Below are positions 11,161 to 23,495 of a stretch of 64,000 nucleotides of DNA, one piece after another. Position numbers and translations under genes: made by a program. Below the pieces are notes generated by a model. The model saw only the letters and a list, made by a program, of their open reading frames with translations. It was not told the DNA's origin and did not search any database. The stretch comes from Macrostomum hystrix (Eukaryota > Animalia > Platyhelminthes): contig CATNEN010000007.1 in the NCBI GenBank assembly GCA_950097015.1, forward strand, positions 4,216,001 to 4,280,000. Direction: 5' to 3'. Within the stretch, counting starts at the first letter, position 1, and each line of letters starts with the position of its first letter.

Positions 11161-12379
11161 GCTTTATTGCTCGCTGTTTGAGCCCCGTAACCCCTCCATC
11201 AAATGATAGCTAGCACAGCTGGGAATACATTTTCACGCATTGCCGCTAAGAAACGCATTGCTTTTTACTTTAATATTTATATTTATATTTTTTACTAATG
11301 TACGAGCTAGAAATTGAATTTTTCATCATAGATGCAATGCCTTTGAATAATTACAATTAGCTTAATGTCTTTTATTGTTTTGAGATTGGTATCTGCATTG
11401 GTTTTGCTTGCCTACCTTCTCCAATGATTGTGATGAATTATCTGCAGATTATTTGTGAATCGGTTGATCTGCTGAATTCCTGAATAACAAACTTCATGGC
11501 TGTTACTATTTTGCTGCTTTTCCACTGGATAGGATCGGTAAAAAAACAATATCTTAACGTCAACTGATCAATAATTTAGCCTTAACTGTACTTTACTTAG
11601 TCTACGGCCTGACTAAAATGTGGCCTATTGTGACGTGACTCATCATAGGCGGCACCTCAAAGCAATCCTCGGTTATCGTCGTTACTTTTACTTCCAAAAG
11701 TCAAGTTCTTGGAGCAGAAATTTAAACTGAAAAAAGCAACAACATAAATTTGCCATCGAAATTATAAGTTTGAGAATGCCAGAATAGGAAAATACACGAG
11801 TCTAAAGGGCTAGATATACGAGCTAGATAGAACTGGGCAATCTTAGTTTAAAGCTTTGTATTTGCTGTTGCTTGAAGTGTTGGCTGCAATCACAGACAAT
11901 CTGATTTTTTAATGGCAAGGATCATCTAACTGACTTCTGGCACAGAAGGTATTTTTACTTTGTACTTTTAGACCAAAAAATATACGTTTATCAGGCCGTC
12001 CAGGTGGGGGCAAGTCTTTGTCTGCAAAAACAAACATCATAAAATAGACAGTCAGCTGATGTCTTTGATCCGTTTAAGAAACTATAATTTTAGAAGGATT
12101 AAGCCGCATTTTGGGGAAAGTTCGATGACGTCACCATATTTAGGGCGCAGAGTCTGCAACGCTTAATCTTCTGTCGAATCAAATAAATATTTGTCGAGTT
12201 TTGCTACAATACAAGTCTAAAAATGGACAGGAAAAGAACCTGTGTACAGTGCATGTATTTCCTTGGCTACCCATACAAACGTGATTCTAATTGATGCTCC
12301 CATAAGAGACCTGTCATTCAATTGTCATCAGCCTGGCCTATGCAATTGTTGCCTTCAGTACTGCGGCTTACTCCTTCAT

Positions 12380-15300
12380 TCACAGCTGACGCCTCGAGCC
12401 GCTGGCGGAGCTGCGGGCGCCGCGAGCCGACGACGGCGCGGCTGAGTCGCTGTTACCGCCGGCTGCGCCGCTCTCGCTCTCCCAGCGCTCCAGCTCCTCC
12501 CGGACCAGCCGCTCCATGTGCTCCCGCTTCTCCGCCTCCGAGGCGCCGTCGCACTCGGCGATGGAGTCCAGCAGCTTGCTCATTGTCTCTCGGCGGCGCA
12601 GCTTGGCCTTCTCCATGGTCTCCAGCTTCACCAGCACCGAGTCGATCTTGGACACGATGCTGCCGATGCTGTGCTCCATGCGATCCACTCGGCGGGCCAG
12701 CACAGTGAACTCTTCAACGGAGACGCCGCCGTTGCCGCCGCCACCGCCGCCGCCACCACCGCGTCGGGAGCTGCGAGGTCGGCCTCCGGCGGCTCCCTCG
12801 CCGTCCAGGGTGCGGGCCGTCGACGGGCGCTCCTGCTGCTGCTCGGTCTCGATCTGGTCGCTCAGGGCGGTCTTTGGTGCCGGATTAAAGCGGAGGCATG
12901 GAGATATGAGTCAGATCTGCGATAGTCTACTGTAAGTAGGATGCACTGAGTTTAAACTGAGTTAGAAAGGCCAGCTCACATCTTAACGTTTGATAACACC
13001 TGCCCCAATTGGGCCAGATGTGCAGCCGACAGCACAGCCGCAGCTATTGCGCGGCTCAACTGAAGGCTGCGTACGACTGTTCAGTCCATGGACTGGGAAG
13101 ACGCCACACGCTCAATTGCCCCAGCTAATGCTGTTACCCAATTAACAACTGAGTGAACGGAATCGATGCAGAGTTAAGTGTCTTTCTAAAGAAGACACAT
13201 TTTTCCAGTGGAGTCGGGAATCGAACCCCCGACTTTTCAAATCGTGAGCCCGACGCTCTAACCACTTGGCTACACTTGGCTACAACCCCTAAAGTACAAG
13301 GCTTGTACTTTGCTTAGCTCTGAATCAAACACTAAAAACAAGCAAAGAAAGTTGGCGTCATCGAAAACTTGAATTCACAAGAACTCGAAAGAAAACCAAA
13401 ATTGGGGGGCAACCGGTGCCACAAATAAATGCGACACAAACTCAAAAGCAACCAAACCAAGCCGTTGTCAAATCCAAAGTGTAACAAAAAATCAATACTT
13501 AAAAAAAAAAAATACACCACCTTAAAAAATCAAAGCAAACTAGGAAAAGAACTCAAATTTAGACACGATTTGTAGGACACAAAGAGCACGGCATACTGTG
13601 TCATCCAGTTCCAGCTAATTTTGGCAGGAATGAGTGTTGCGAGTGGGTTTCAGGTGTATTGTACAATTGCGGACTAGACTAGAAGGATGCGAGAAATATC
13701 GTAAATCAATCTCTCAACACACCCTGCCTCACTCGACATCTAGTCCTGCCCCTTGCCCCTCACTGTATCTCAGACTCTAATCCTCACCCTCTAATCCTCG
13801 ATCACTAATCCTTGCCCTCTAATCCCTGTTCACTAATACTTGACATCTAATCCCCGATCACTAATCCTCACCCTCTAATCCTCGATCACTAATCCTCGCC
13901 CTCTAATCCCTGTTCACTAATACTTGACATCTAATCCCCGATCACTAATCCTTGCCCTCTAATCCTCGACCACTAATACTTGCCATCTAATCCCCGATCA
14001 CTAATCCTCACCCTCTAATCCTCGATCACTAATCCTCACCCTCTAATCCCCGATCACTAATCCTCACCCTTTAATCCCTGTTCACTAATACTTGTCATCT
14101 AATCCCTGATCACTAATCCTCACCCTCTAATCCCCGATCACTAATCCTCACCCTTTAATCCCTGTTCACTAATACTTGACACCTAATCCCCGATCACTAA
14201 TCCTCACCCTCTAATCCCCGATCACAAATCCTCACCCTCTAATCCCCGATCACTAATCCTCGCCCTCTAATCCCCGATCACAAATCCTCACCCTCTAATC
14301 CCTGTTCACTAATACTTGACATCTAATCCCCGATCACTAATCCTCACCCTCTAATCCCTGATCCCTTATTCTCGCCCTCTAATCCCTTATCCCTTATTCT
14401 CGCCCTCTAATCCTCGCCCCCTAATCTCCGATCTCTAATCTTCGCCCTCGAAACCTCCCACCCTCGGCATCTCGTTCTGTCCCATCGCTCTCCCATCCTG
14501 GCTCTGTAGCCCTATTTACCTTCTGTCCCTCCAGCTCGGCCTGCATTCGACGCTGCTCCTCCTCGTCCAGCACGCGATCGCCATCCAGATCATACTTGGC
14601 GAACAGGGCCTCGATCTCGCCGTCGGCGTAGCCGCGTCTGCAGGTATTTTTGTTTTGATTTCCAAGTGTTTTAATTGCATTTCTTACTACCTAAAGTAGA
14701 CAGGTCGTGTAGGAGCGTATTCGTTGTAACAAGGACACCCAACGCCTCAATCCTACGGAGAAAACAAAGACTGTACGCCTGTCATGACTTACTGTTTAAG
14801 CTCGGCACGCCATTCTTCAAAGTCCAGCTGGCGGTCATTGTTGAGATCGGCAGACTGGATGGCCTTTTGAATGTCCACAATCTTGTCGCGCTTGAAGTTC
14901 AGCTTGTCCAACACTTTGCCGGCGCGCTTATGAGTTAGGAAATTGGAGGGTTCAGATTGAGCAGCTGTTCATTAATACTGATCTGCAGTCAATCGAGCAC
15001 ATAAAAGTTGGTTGTTTCGTTTTGAGCGCATCGTTCTGTGGTTCTGAGTACATTGAATCTATTTTTGCATCACTGACATACGCATTTTACGTCACTTCAC
15101 TCACTTCACTGATCTGAAATCTGTGAATCTTATATCAGGAGAACACAAACAATGGTTGCTATGACAACGGCTGCAGTTTTATATTGTCTACTTCAATCCT
15201 GGGGGGAAGGAGGGCTTCACAAGGCAGAAATTTTACAGCCCCGTCAGTGGCTTCATTAATTATTCAGAGCACTTCTTGCTCTTGTAGGGGTGCAGGCCTT

Positions 15301-17653
15301 CTCAACGGACTTTCAACCTTTTCACGGTCGACTCACCTGCTTGAAGTAGTCGGTCATCTCGAAGTCATTTGGCTGGTTGGCCAAGTCGCTCTTCACCTCG
15401 CTGTAGGTGTCGTTGATGATGGCCAGGAACATGTTGATCAGCACGAAGAACACGAAGAACACGTACAGCAGGAAGTAGAGCGGGCCGAGCACTCGGTGCG
15501 CTGTCTGCAGCGAGTTGAAGTCGAAGTCGCCCAGGATGATGCGGAACAGGGTGAAGATGGCCTGCTGGAACTCGCGGAAGTCCTGCACCTGCGTGCCGAA
15601 GATCAGGTAACCCAGCTGGGCGAAGGCGAAGAAGATGATGAAGAACATCACGGCGAACCCCATGAGGTCCTTGGCGCAGGCGCCCAGCGTCGAGCTCAGC
15701 TGAGTCATGGTTTTGTTGAAGCTGATGTACTTAAAGATCTTCACCCAGGCGAAGAACACGGTGATGGCGATGCCGTGGTTGAACTGCTGCTGCCAGTAGG
15801 ACAGGAAGTCAAAGTCCGGGTACTTGTTCTCGTCCTGCAGCAGGCTGGTCAGCTTCTTGCCAACAGCGATGGTCCTGTAGACATTGAAGCATGCACAAAC
15901 CAGCGAGATCACAATGACCAGGATGTCCAGCCAGTTCCAGAAGGACTTGAAGTACGCCATCTTGTTCCGCTTGATCTCAATGGCCTCCTCAACAATGTAG
16001 TAGCAAATGAACAGCATGAAGATGGCTTCGCAGGCCAGTACGAAGTAGTCCATCGGTTCAACGTAGCGCAGCAGCTTGACGGTTCGGAACTCCCAAGATG
16101 GCAGGGCGCCACCGGTGGCCGGGAACTCCATGACCAATTTGATGACGCAGAACAGGTTGATGTTGGCGTTGTACACCGTGAAATCTATGAACACTGCCCT
16201 GGTGGCTCGATCGATCCACAGGCCGCTGTAGAGCTCGTTGATGATGGCCAGGGTGGAGTCCTTATCGCGGCCGAGGTCGATGTAGTAGCCACCGCCGGGG
16301 TAGCTGGCGAGCTGGGCAGAGTAGGACTGTCCGTCCAGGGTGTCCTGGCTGGTGTAGTTCCAGGCGGTGGAGTTCATGTAGCCGAAGGGCTCCTTGCTCT
16401 GCGCGCTGCTGCTGTAGGTGGAGTAGCAGAACGGGATGGTCTCCTTGAAGTTGGAGGCGATGGCGCAGCTGTTGTTGCGGACTCTAACCTGGCGCAGGCG
16501 AGGCACACCGAGCAGCTTGTTCTCGTAGTAGATGAAGTTGGTCTCGCGCGGGTCAGTGAAATTGTTGCTGTTGTACCAGGTGTTCCAGTACAGGCCGGTC
16601 ACAAGGGCGTTTTGTGTGAACTGCGGGTACCAGCAGTGTGAGAGCACTTAGAGCACACTTTACAGATATCGCTAAATTCGTTAGAACTAAAACCCGTAGT
16701 TAAACTAAGTCTTTTATTTATCGTTATTCCCTTATTCCCCTAAATAATAAATCCCCATTTTTTCGTTAATAAGGAAATCAATTTTTAGCGATCATGCCAA
16801 ACAAGACATTGTGACGAGCTGCAGTTGTGCTCACCGTCCACCAGTCGGGAATGGCTCCCAGGTTGCGGTAGTTGGGCTTGTTCACTGGATCGTCAGTGGC
16901 ATCGAGGAACAGGGCGCTGAGCACCTGGGTGTAGTAGTACATGGTTGTCGAGGTCATGCCGAAGGTCACTGAAAAGGCGGTTTCTAATTTTTTTCCAGCG
17001 TATCGCTAAGAACAGTCAATCAAGCTTCCATTGACGCGTCACTCACAGATCATGAGCACAATAAGGAAGATGCAGTAGATGATCAGCTCTCGCAGGGTGG
17101 TCTTGATGTAGAGCTCACGATCCTCCTTGGTGTTCTCAGTCAGGTTGGTCCGCCAGATCACTGCATGTAGGATTCAGGAGGTCAAACATGCGCTTTAGAG
17201 ACTGCTGGATGGCATGGCAAGTGCACAGCCGCAGATAATATGCGGCGTGTCTAAAGGCCCTGTCCAATTGACCGCCATGACATCCACACTAATTTCTATT
17301 ACTATTGTGAACTGAAGCAATGGCGAGTCAAATGTCTTACTCAAACTCAAACCCATGACCCCTTACCTCCCTCTTGATTCTCTACTGAATATACAGTATT
17401 TGTACAGGCGATGTAATTTCGTGTCCTCACCGTGAATGCCGCGGCGGAATCGCTGCCAGCAGCCGGGGGACTCGTCCTTGGCCACAATGTTCGTCTGGCT
17501 GTCGAAAGCGCCCGGGTCCTGGTCCAGCATGGCCGGATTGTCCATGGCGGGATCATTGGACCAGGCCTGACTGCTGCCAAGGGACACCTGGCTCTTGGAC
17601 TTAGTGGCGCCGCCGACGCCGCCGCTGCTGCTTGTGGGACGCGAGGTCGCCAT
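12380..17653 (-). CDS. PKD2: Polycystin-2 (TRPP channel), about 832 aa; exons 17653-17431, 17160-17047, 16968-16835, 16620-15337, 14926-14793, 14637-14520, 12871-12380
   Basis: S1 ([14 protein letters not shown]), TOP domain ([39 protein letters not shown]), pore ([35 protein letters not shown]), EF-hand loops and coiled coil [20 protein letters not shown]. Splice phases are consistent. An acceptor at 17661 implies an upstream non-coding exon or outron. Confidence 0.93.
12994..13288 (-). mobile_element. SINE copy 2, in PKD2 intron 6
   Basis: Colinear with 2236-2520 over about 280 bp; perfect B-box ggttcgattcc on the minus strand. Confidence 0.82.
13785..14450. repeat. 28-bp (2x14) minisatellite (cactaatcctcaccctctaatccccgat) in PKD2 intron 6
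   Basis: About 23 copies; two TAATCC motifs per unit. Confidence 0.92.
15155..15168. promoter_or_regulatory. RFX X-box in PKD2 intron 4
   Basis: gttgctatgacaac is a perfect match to the GTHNYYATRRNAAC consensus, in a ciliary gene. Confidence 0.6.
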
Positions 17654-17763
17654 GCTGTTGCTGGGGAGAATGTCAGTTAGCTACAGGTCCTCAGGACAAC
17701 TGTGTGAGAACTGATCAGCCAAAGGGATGGTGAGGATTCTCAGGCGGGCGCTCCTTGCCAGCG

Positions 17764-17818
17764 TGTTTAAAGGCCGGCCTCAGTTTTGGCTTTGGTTGTC
17801 CCTGGCAACGGATAAACA
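17764..17818. promoter_or_regulatory. X-box plus forkhead sites just upstream of the PKD2 start
   Basis: gttgtccctggcaac (17795-17809), ataaaca (17812-17818) and tgttta (17764-17769). Confidence 0.5.
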
Positions 17819-18562
17819 AACGGTAGATAGTAAGAAACACTGAGGGAGAGAGGGTAAGGGGGAGAAGCAGTTGGAAAAAAGTAATGCATTAAATTTTCAT
17901 TGCCATAGGAGCGCCGGAGAGCAGAGGGAAGTTGGCTGCGGGGACAACCTGAGAGACAATGCCGCCACCACCCCAGACCCGAGAGTCGTGGCGCTGTCAA
18001 TGCCGAGAAGCCACCACAAGCGGGCCTCCTAATTCCTCCTGAGCCAGCTTCCAGCCCCACCCCACACCCGCTTCCATCATGGTCAGGCCTGTCTTGGACC
18101 AAAAAAATCGATATTTACTGGGGAAGATGCGGCAGCGGAGCAGGCAGAGAGATAGAATAATAAGGCAAAAATGTTTCCGCCTTTTTTAGGGGGGGAGGGG
18201 GCGCGAGGGAGTTGAGACCGGCAGCAGCAGCCAGTGTTGTTTTGGCCCGGGATCGCAGATATGGAAGAGCCAGGCAACAATGTCCTGCGTTTCAGGGGAG
18301 GGGGGCAGAGTCAGTTAGAGAGGGAGGGGAGAGAAGAGATGGGAGAGCAAAAGAAACTCCGAGTGGCAGAAGCAACAGTGCGCGCATGACCAAAGCAGAT
18401 GCTTCATTTCTGCTGCTACCCCTAGCAGCAGTGGGTGAGTTGAGGTCGCCCTGCCTCAGACAAGTCAGGCTGCCATTGTTGTGAATGGCAGGATGCGCAC
18501 GGAGAATTCGACGGCATCGCCTCCCCTAACCCGCCCTGGCCGCGAGGGGAAATTTGTGCTGA

Positions 18563-18577
18563 GTTGCCCGTGGAAAC
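18563..18577. promoter_or_regulatory. X-box about 0.9 kb upstream of the PKD2 ATG
   Basis: gttgcccgtggaaac fits GTNRCC-N3-RGNAAC. Confidence 0.5.
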
Positions 18578-20632
18578 TGCAAAGCAACTTGTCTGATGCA
18601 GAAAAATATTTCTGCTGCTAGCCAACCTCCCCTAGGCGATCTTCAACTGTTTCTTTTCATCCTCTCATAATTCCGTCCCATTCGACTGCATGACATTGAA
18701 AAGTCGGGACGTCATTCACTGCAGGCATGTACAGTGTCATGCAGCTGCTGCTGCTGCTGTTGAGAATCTTATTTTGCCTGCATGGACAAAAGCTGCTGCC
18801 GCCAATGCCTTAGCTACCATGTAGTGTACGCTTAGGCACGGCTGACTGAGCAACAAAGCTGCTGCTGCTGCTGCATGCTAAGCTACGGCTCTAAGCAATT
18901 ATAGCTTTGTCCAGGTTGTAAACAATGAGGATAGAAAATTGCTACTTTTAACTTGGAAATGAAGGCAGCACTGGTAATTTAGGAGCATCTATAATGCTTC
19001 CAGGCCGCCGTTTTGAGAGGAAAAAACTGTAAGCATTTGTATATTTCAAGCCATTCGTTTCGTGTAATAGTATTCTTACTCTATTTTGTTTGACTCGAGC
19101 TCCAACCAGTCATAGCTATCTATTTTATGAGTCGCAACATGAAAAATCAAAATCTGAATGGTGATTCAATGCAAGTGACTCACTAATGCATGGTTTTGAG
19201 TTTTAACCCACAGTCCCGACTGAAGCTTCCACACTAAATAGTAGGGCCTATGTGGCTCCAACGTATCGAGATACAAATATATATATATATATATACTGTC
19301 TGGGTAAGCTATGAATAGTCAAACAACTCGAAGGAACATTTAGTACAAGCTAATCAACGGCCAATCAAGCTAATATTTCTATAACTGTCTCATTCTCTTC
19401 ATGCAGTCAATATGAAACTGAATTTGAAAATGAGCAATGGCGATTTAGAGGCTTGCTGATTTACTTCTGATTATGATTTTTTATATGGGTTCGTTGATCA
19501 ATCTCCAGCAATGAAGGATAAAATCAAGATTGGATCAGATATCATATCATATCCAATAGAATTCTGAATATTGTTCAAGAAGGTGCTGATGCTTGTCCAG
19601 CATGCCTGAGTATAGCGAGCGTTACAGCTACCTGAGGCGGCCCATGGAAATGGGAGTGCTTTCATTTAGCCCTATACTTGACGAACGCGTGGCTTGAAAA
19701 AAGTTAATTTAAGTTAATTTGCTACTTAACTACTTGCAGAAGGAAATTTCGTTACTGAACATTTTTACTTTACCGAACAGCTCTATTTGAATAGAAGTAG
19801 AAAAATATATACCAGTTTAGGGCCAAGTTTACATTGCAGCAGCACAGCGTCGGGAGATAGTTGTTCCGGAGTAGCGAAAATAATGAAAAGCCTAAGAAGC
19901 CGAGTTGTACCAAACTGTGTATGCGGATAATGAGAATAATTATACTATCGGCGCAATTTTCTGGTTTTCTTTGGATACTTACAGCCACAAGATAATAATA
20001 GCAACATAATTTGTTATTATATGTTATTTTCTTGTCGTCAGTTTAAAATATGTAACTCATTTTAAAACGAAAAATCATCTCATAAATGATTAATAATGCT
20101 TGTTAAGGAAAAATTACATTGCATTAGGTACACTTGGTTGCTGTAATAAATTGCTCTTTCTATTCATATTTTGCTCGCCATCAAAGTTTACAAATTCACA
20201 AGCTAGAAATTACAGGTATTAGTCTCGAACTAGTCTCTAAAATTGTAAATTATCTTTTTTAAATTGTATCACCCTTGTTTTGCTTGCAAGTTATAGAAAT
20301 AGCTTAGCTATAAAAATATATTGATTGACACAACATGTACTTGTCATTGACATTATTCCACAAAGGGAGCTGCAGGCTTAATATATATGAGCTCGTACAT
20401 CACTTAGAGGCCAAATGTAAATAAATAGGCCTTTCTTTAGGCTAGGCCTATAATAAGAAAATAATAAAATCTATAATGAATATTACAGGCCTATTATGAA
20501 GTATTTCCTACTTTGCTATTAGTCTTATATATTTACCAAAATTGTCAAAAGACAATTCATGTTGAAACTTAGGTGGTCTTGTTGTTTATATCATAGGGGC
20601 CTAGTTGCTGTCATTTTGGCTCAGATAAAATT

Positions 20633-21699
20633 CCAGTCATTTCGACCATACACAGTTTCAGCCATAGCTGCTTTGGCCAAAAGACGTTTTGGCCATAGCT
20701 GTTTCAGCCAAAAATGTGTGAAATGTGCTCATTGGCAGTACTGAACTATTTGCATTGCTGCAGAATATTCACATTTTTACCATTAATAGTGTACCAAGTC
20801 CTCTTCTTTTATTACCATTATACTATGCAAATACTTTGAGCATGTATTTAAAATTCTTTGTCATTGTATAAGTCAAATTCGTGCTTTCCATTGTTGCTAT
20901 CAAATAAAATTAACAACTCTTAAATAAATTAGAAACTAGCCATAAGAATGTTGTGCATTTTAATAGGGTAATGTATCATCAACCGAACAGTGTATCTTCA
21001 AAACCGAACAAGAATTTTGACTCCTTCCTTGGTCTCATGAAACAGAAACAAGCTATTGTGTTTCACAGAACAACTAATTTGAAAGTTGAAGAAATTATCT
21101 ACAAGCTGAGGCATGATGTGCAATGAAGCAATAAGAGGAAAGAAAGATATAGATGTTTCAATAGAAATTTTTATTGCAAAAGCATACTTTTTAACAACAT
21201 TTTTTCAGTATTTGCTTTAGACAAAGATTGTATGTGGTTGCTTGCCAATTAAATGACCATAAATGTAGTTATTTATAGAACATGAAAAATGCTTTCAAAT
21301 GACATAATTCATGATAGTTTACTCCTTAAAATAAGATTAAACCACTCACTCAAATTATAAAAACAAACATCAAATTCTCTGTTTGGCTTGAAGATACATG
21401 AAAATCATTGTTCGGTTTTAGATAAAAAGCAGGAATAACTTTTATTCTATTTGACAAAATAGCAAAAGTATATACTTTTTAGAAAGATGTAGCTGTTTTC
21501 TATAACTTGGCTTTTGATTTATCATCATATCTTAAATATAAAATCTGTAGCTTAAGTTTGAAGTTAAAAAAATACACATTCTTGTTTGGTTTATGATACA
21601 TTACCCTAAGTAGGGGGCTGAACTGGTTTGTGGCCATAATGGTTTGAGGCTGAAATGGCTTTTGGCCAAAACACCTATGGCTGAAATGACTGGTTACCC
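20633..21699. mobile_element. Second foldback-like element (degenerate left terminus), interrupted by a MITE
   Basis: Left ccagtcatttcgacc and right ggctgaaatgactggttaccc are inverted. Each arm has five 15-16-bp tttcagcca/ttttggcca subrepeats. No TSD identified. Confidence 0.65.
20966..21606. mobile_element. MITE, 641 bp, TA-flanked
   Basis: About 25-bp TIRs: gggtaatgtatcatcaaccgaaca and reverse complement gggtaatgtatcataaaccaaaca. TA on both sides; non-coding interior. A second partial copy starts at 49479. Confidence 0.85.
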
Positions 21700-23495
21700 C
21701 TAGATAGCATAGTTAATTTTCTACTTGCTAACATGATGCAGTTAGCAGCATAGTACCTGTTAGTAGTCACAGTGTTTACTGTTGAAATATTAATAAGTGA
21801 TGGGTGAGGGCCTAAACCAAAAGGATCAGAGAATGTTTATTTTTACATAGCTTATACTGCTGCTACTCCTAATCAAACTAGGCCCTATGCTTTTTGGTAG
21901 GGAAAAACAAAAACAAAAATTATTGTACTGTCTTTTGAACTAAGCGGTTGAAAGTATGCAAGTGTTAATAAAGAAAGAAGTTTAACAAGAATAAAATAAG
22001 TTAGACGATTGGCCAAAATCCAAAACTAAGTGGATGAATACTACATATTATATATGTTATACTTTACAATATATATAATGGATTTTGTTATTGTTCTATT
22101 TTGTTCTATTTTGTTCTATTTTTCTATTTTTAAATGGAAGCAAAATTAAAAAGACAAAGCTAATTGGGCCTAAGAAAATATATATTCTCAAATATGGTCT
22201 AAAACTACATAGCTATAGGGTCTAGTGTAGCTAGCTAGTACAATAACTATATTCTTATACTTTTAAATTAACTAAAAACAGAACCAGATAAAAATGTTTG
22301 TCCCTAATAAATATATTTTTGTTTTTGTTAGTTTTGTTAATTTTTGCTTATTTAGTGAAAAGAAGCAAAAAAAATAGTTGCTTATTTAGAATGCCAATGC
22401 ATTTCGACCTAACAGGTCATCTTCAGTAATACAAAAGATTCTCTTTGTAAAGTCTTGATTAAAAGATAGAAAACTTATTCTCATTTTTAAATTGTCTAAA
22501 TTTTTATTGGCTTAGACCATATTTTACTTTAAGACATACTATTTGCCAGTATGATTAATAATTATAAAGCTATGTAATAAACAAAACCAGTTGGTATCAG
22601 TTCAAGAAGGTTTAAAGAAACTCGTTAAATTGTAGAACTACCAAGAAAAGTGGCATTCCCCCTGACAATATTTAGTGCTGCACCCAAATAGAGCAATGCA
22701 AGCACACAAAACTCAACTACACATGCCAACTTTTTGTTGCACATCTTCTGAAACAAGAATCAAGTCGCCGGCTCTTTAGACTATCAACATATTCAATAGT
22801 TCTGACCAAAGGTTTGATTTTCACATAAGTTCTAGTGTTTTTCACCCATATGCATGAATTAGCACTGTGCCTCAGTGTGGCTTTGCCATGCCTTCAAAAT
22901 TTATCAGCATGTCATCTGAATGTGCCTGCATCATCTCTGTCTTTGGTGGTCACCTACCTTAATCTTGCTGGACCTTTAAGTGCTACAACAGGTGGAAATA
23001 GGCCACTAATGACAGAATTTCTCCAAGCTCACTGATCAAGCCTAAATATTAGGTGCAGCTCAGCCACAGGACACCATAGCCTAGTCTGTCAACCAATCAG
23101 TCACCACCCAACGCTGATAGCATTCAGGCACTGCCAAAAAAATTCTGAGGGATTTCCCCTGCTTGGTATAAAAACGAGTGGCAAAATGGCTTGGTAGTCC
23201 TACAATTAGCAGCTAAAGAAATTGGATATTTTTCTTAGATTTTTGCTAATAAAGTGTAAATGTAAATGGCAAAAGTACTTTTAGAATAAATAATATTCTA
23301 ATAAATATCGATATAGAATTAATAAATAATGAATAGCTATAGCTAAAGATAGCACGGAGTGTTCTTTTGAGAAACCTGACTAAAGCCTTACTGAGTTCAT
23401 GCAATATATCTGGGGATATTATTGCTTTACATCTTCACTGTGTGCAGAAGATTCCATTTCTGAATGACCTCTTCCAGCAGCGCCTCGGCCCAGAC

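Noticed and set aside
12126-12145. CRE palindrome TGACGTCA next to a CArG-like ccatatttagg
   Set aside because: The CArG has 7 rather than 6 A/T bases, it lies 3' of two convergent genes, and a single 8-mer is expected by chance in 64 kb.
15184-16641. 485-aa plus-strand ORF
   Set aside because: Antisense shadow of the GC3-rich PKD2 exon 4; no recognisable motifs.
23367-23495. N-terminal extension of ERH in the ORF track
   Set aside because: It starts at TTG and crosses a 3' splice site; the family-conserved start MSHTILL is at 23496.
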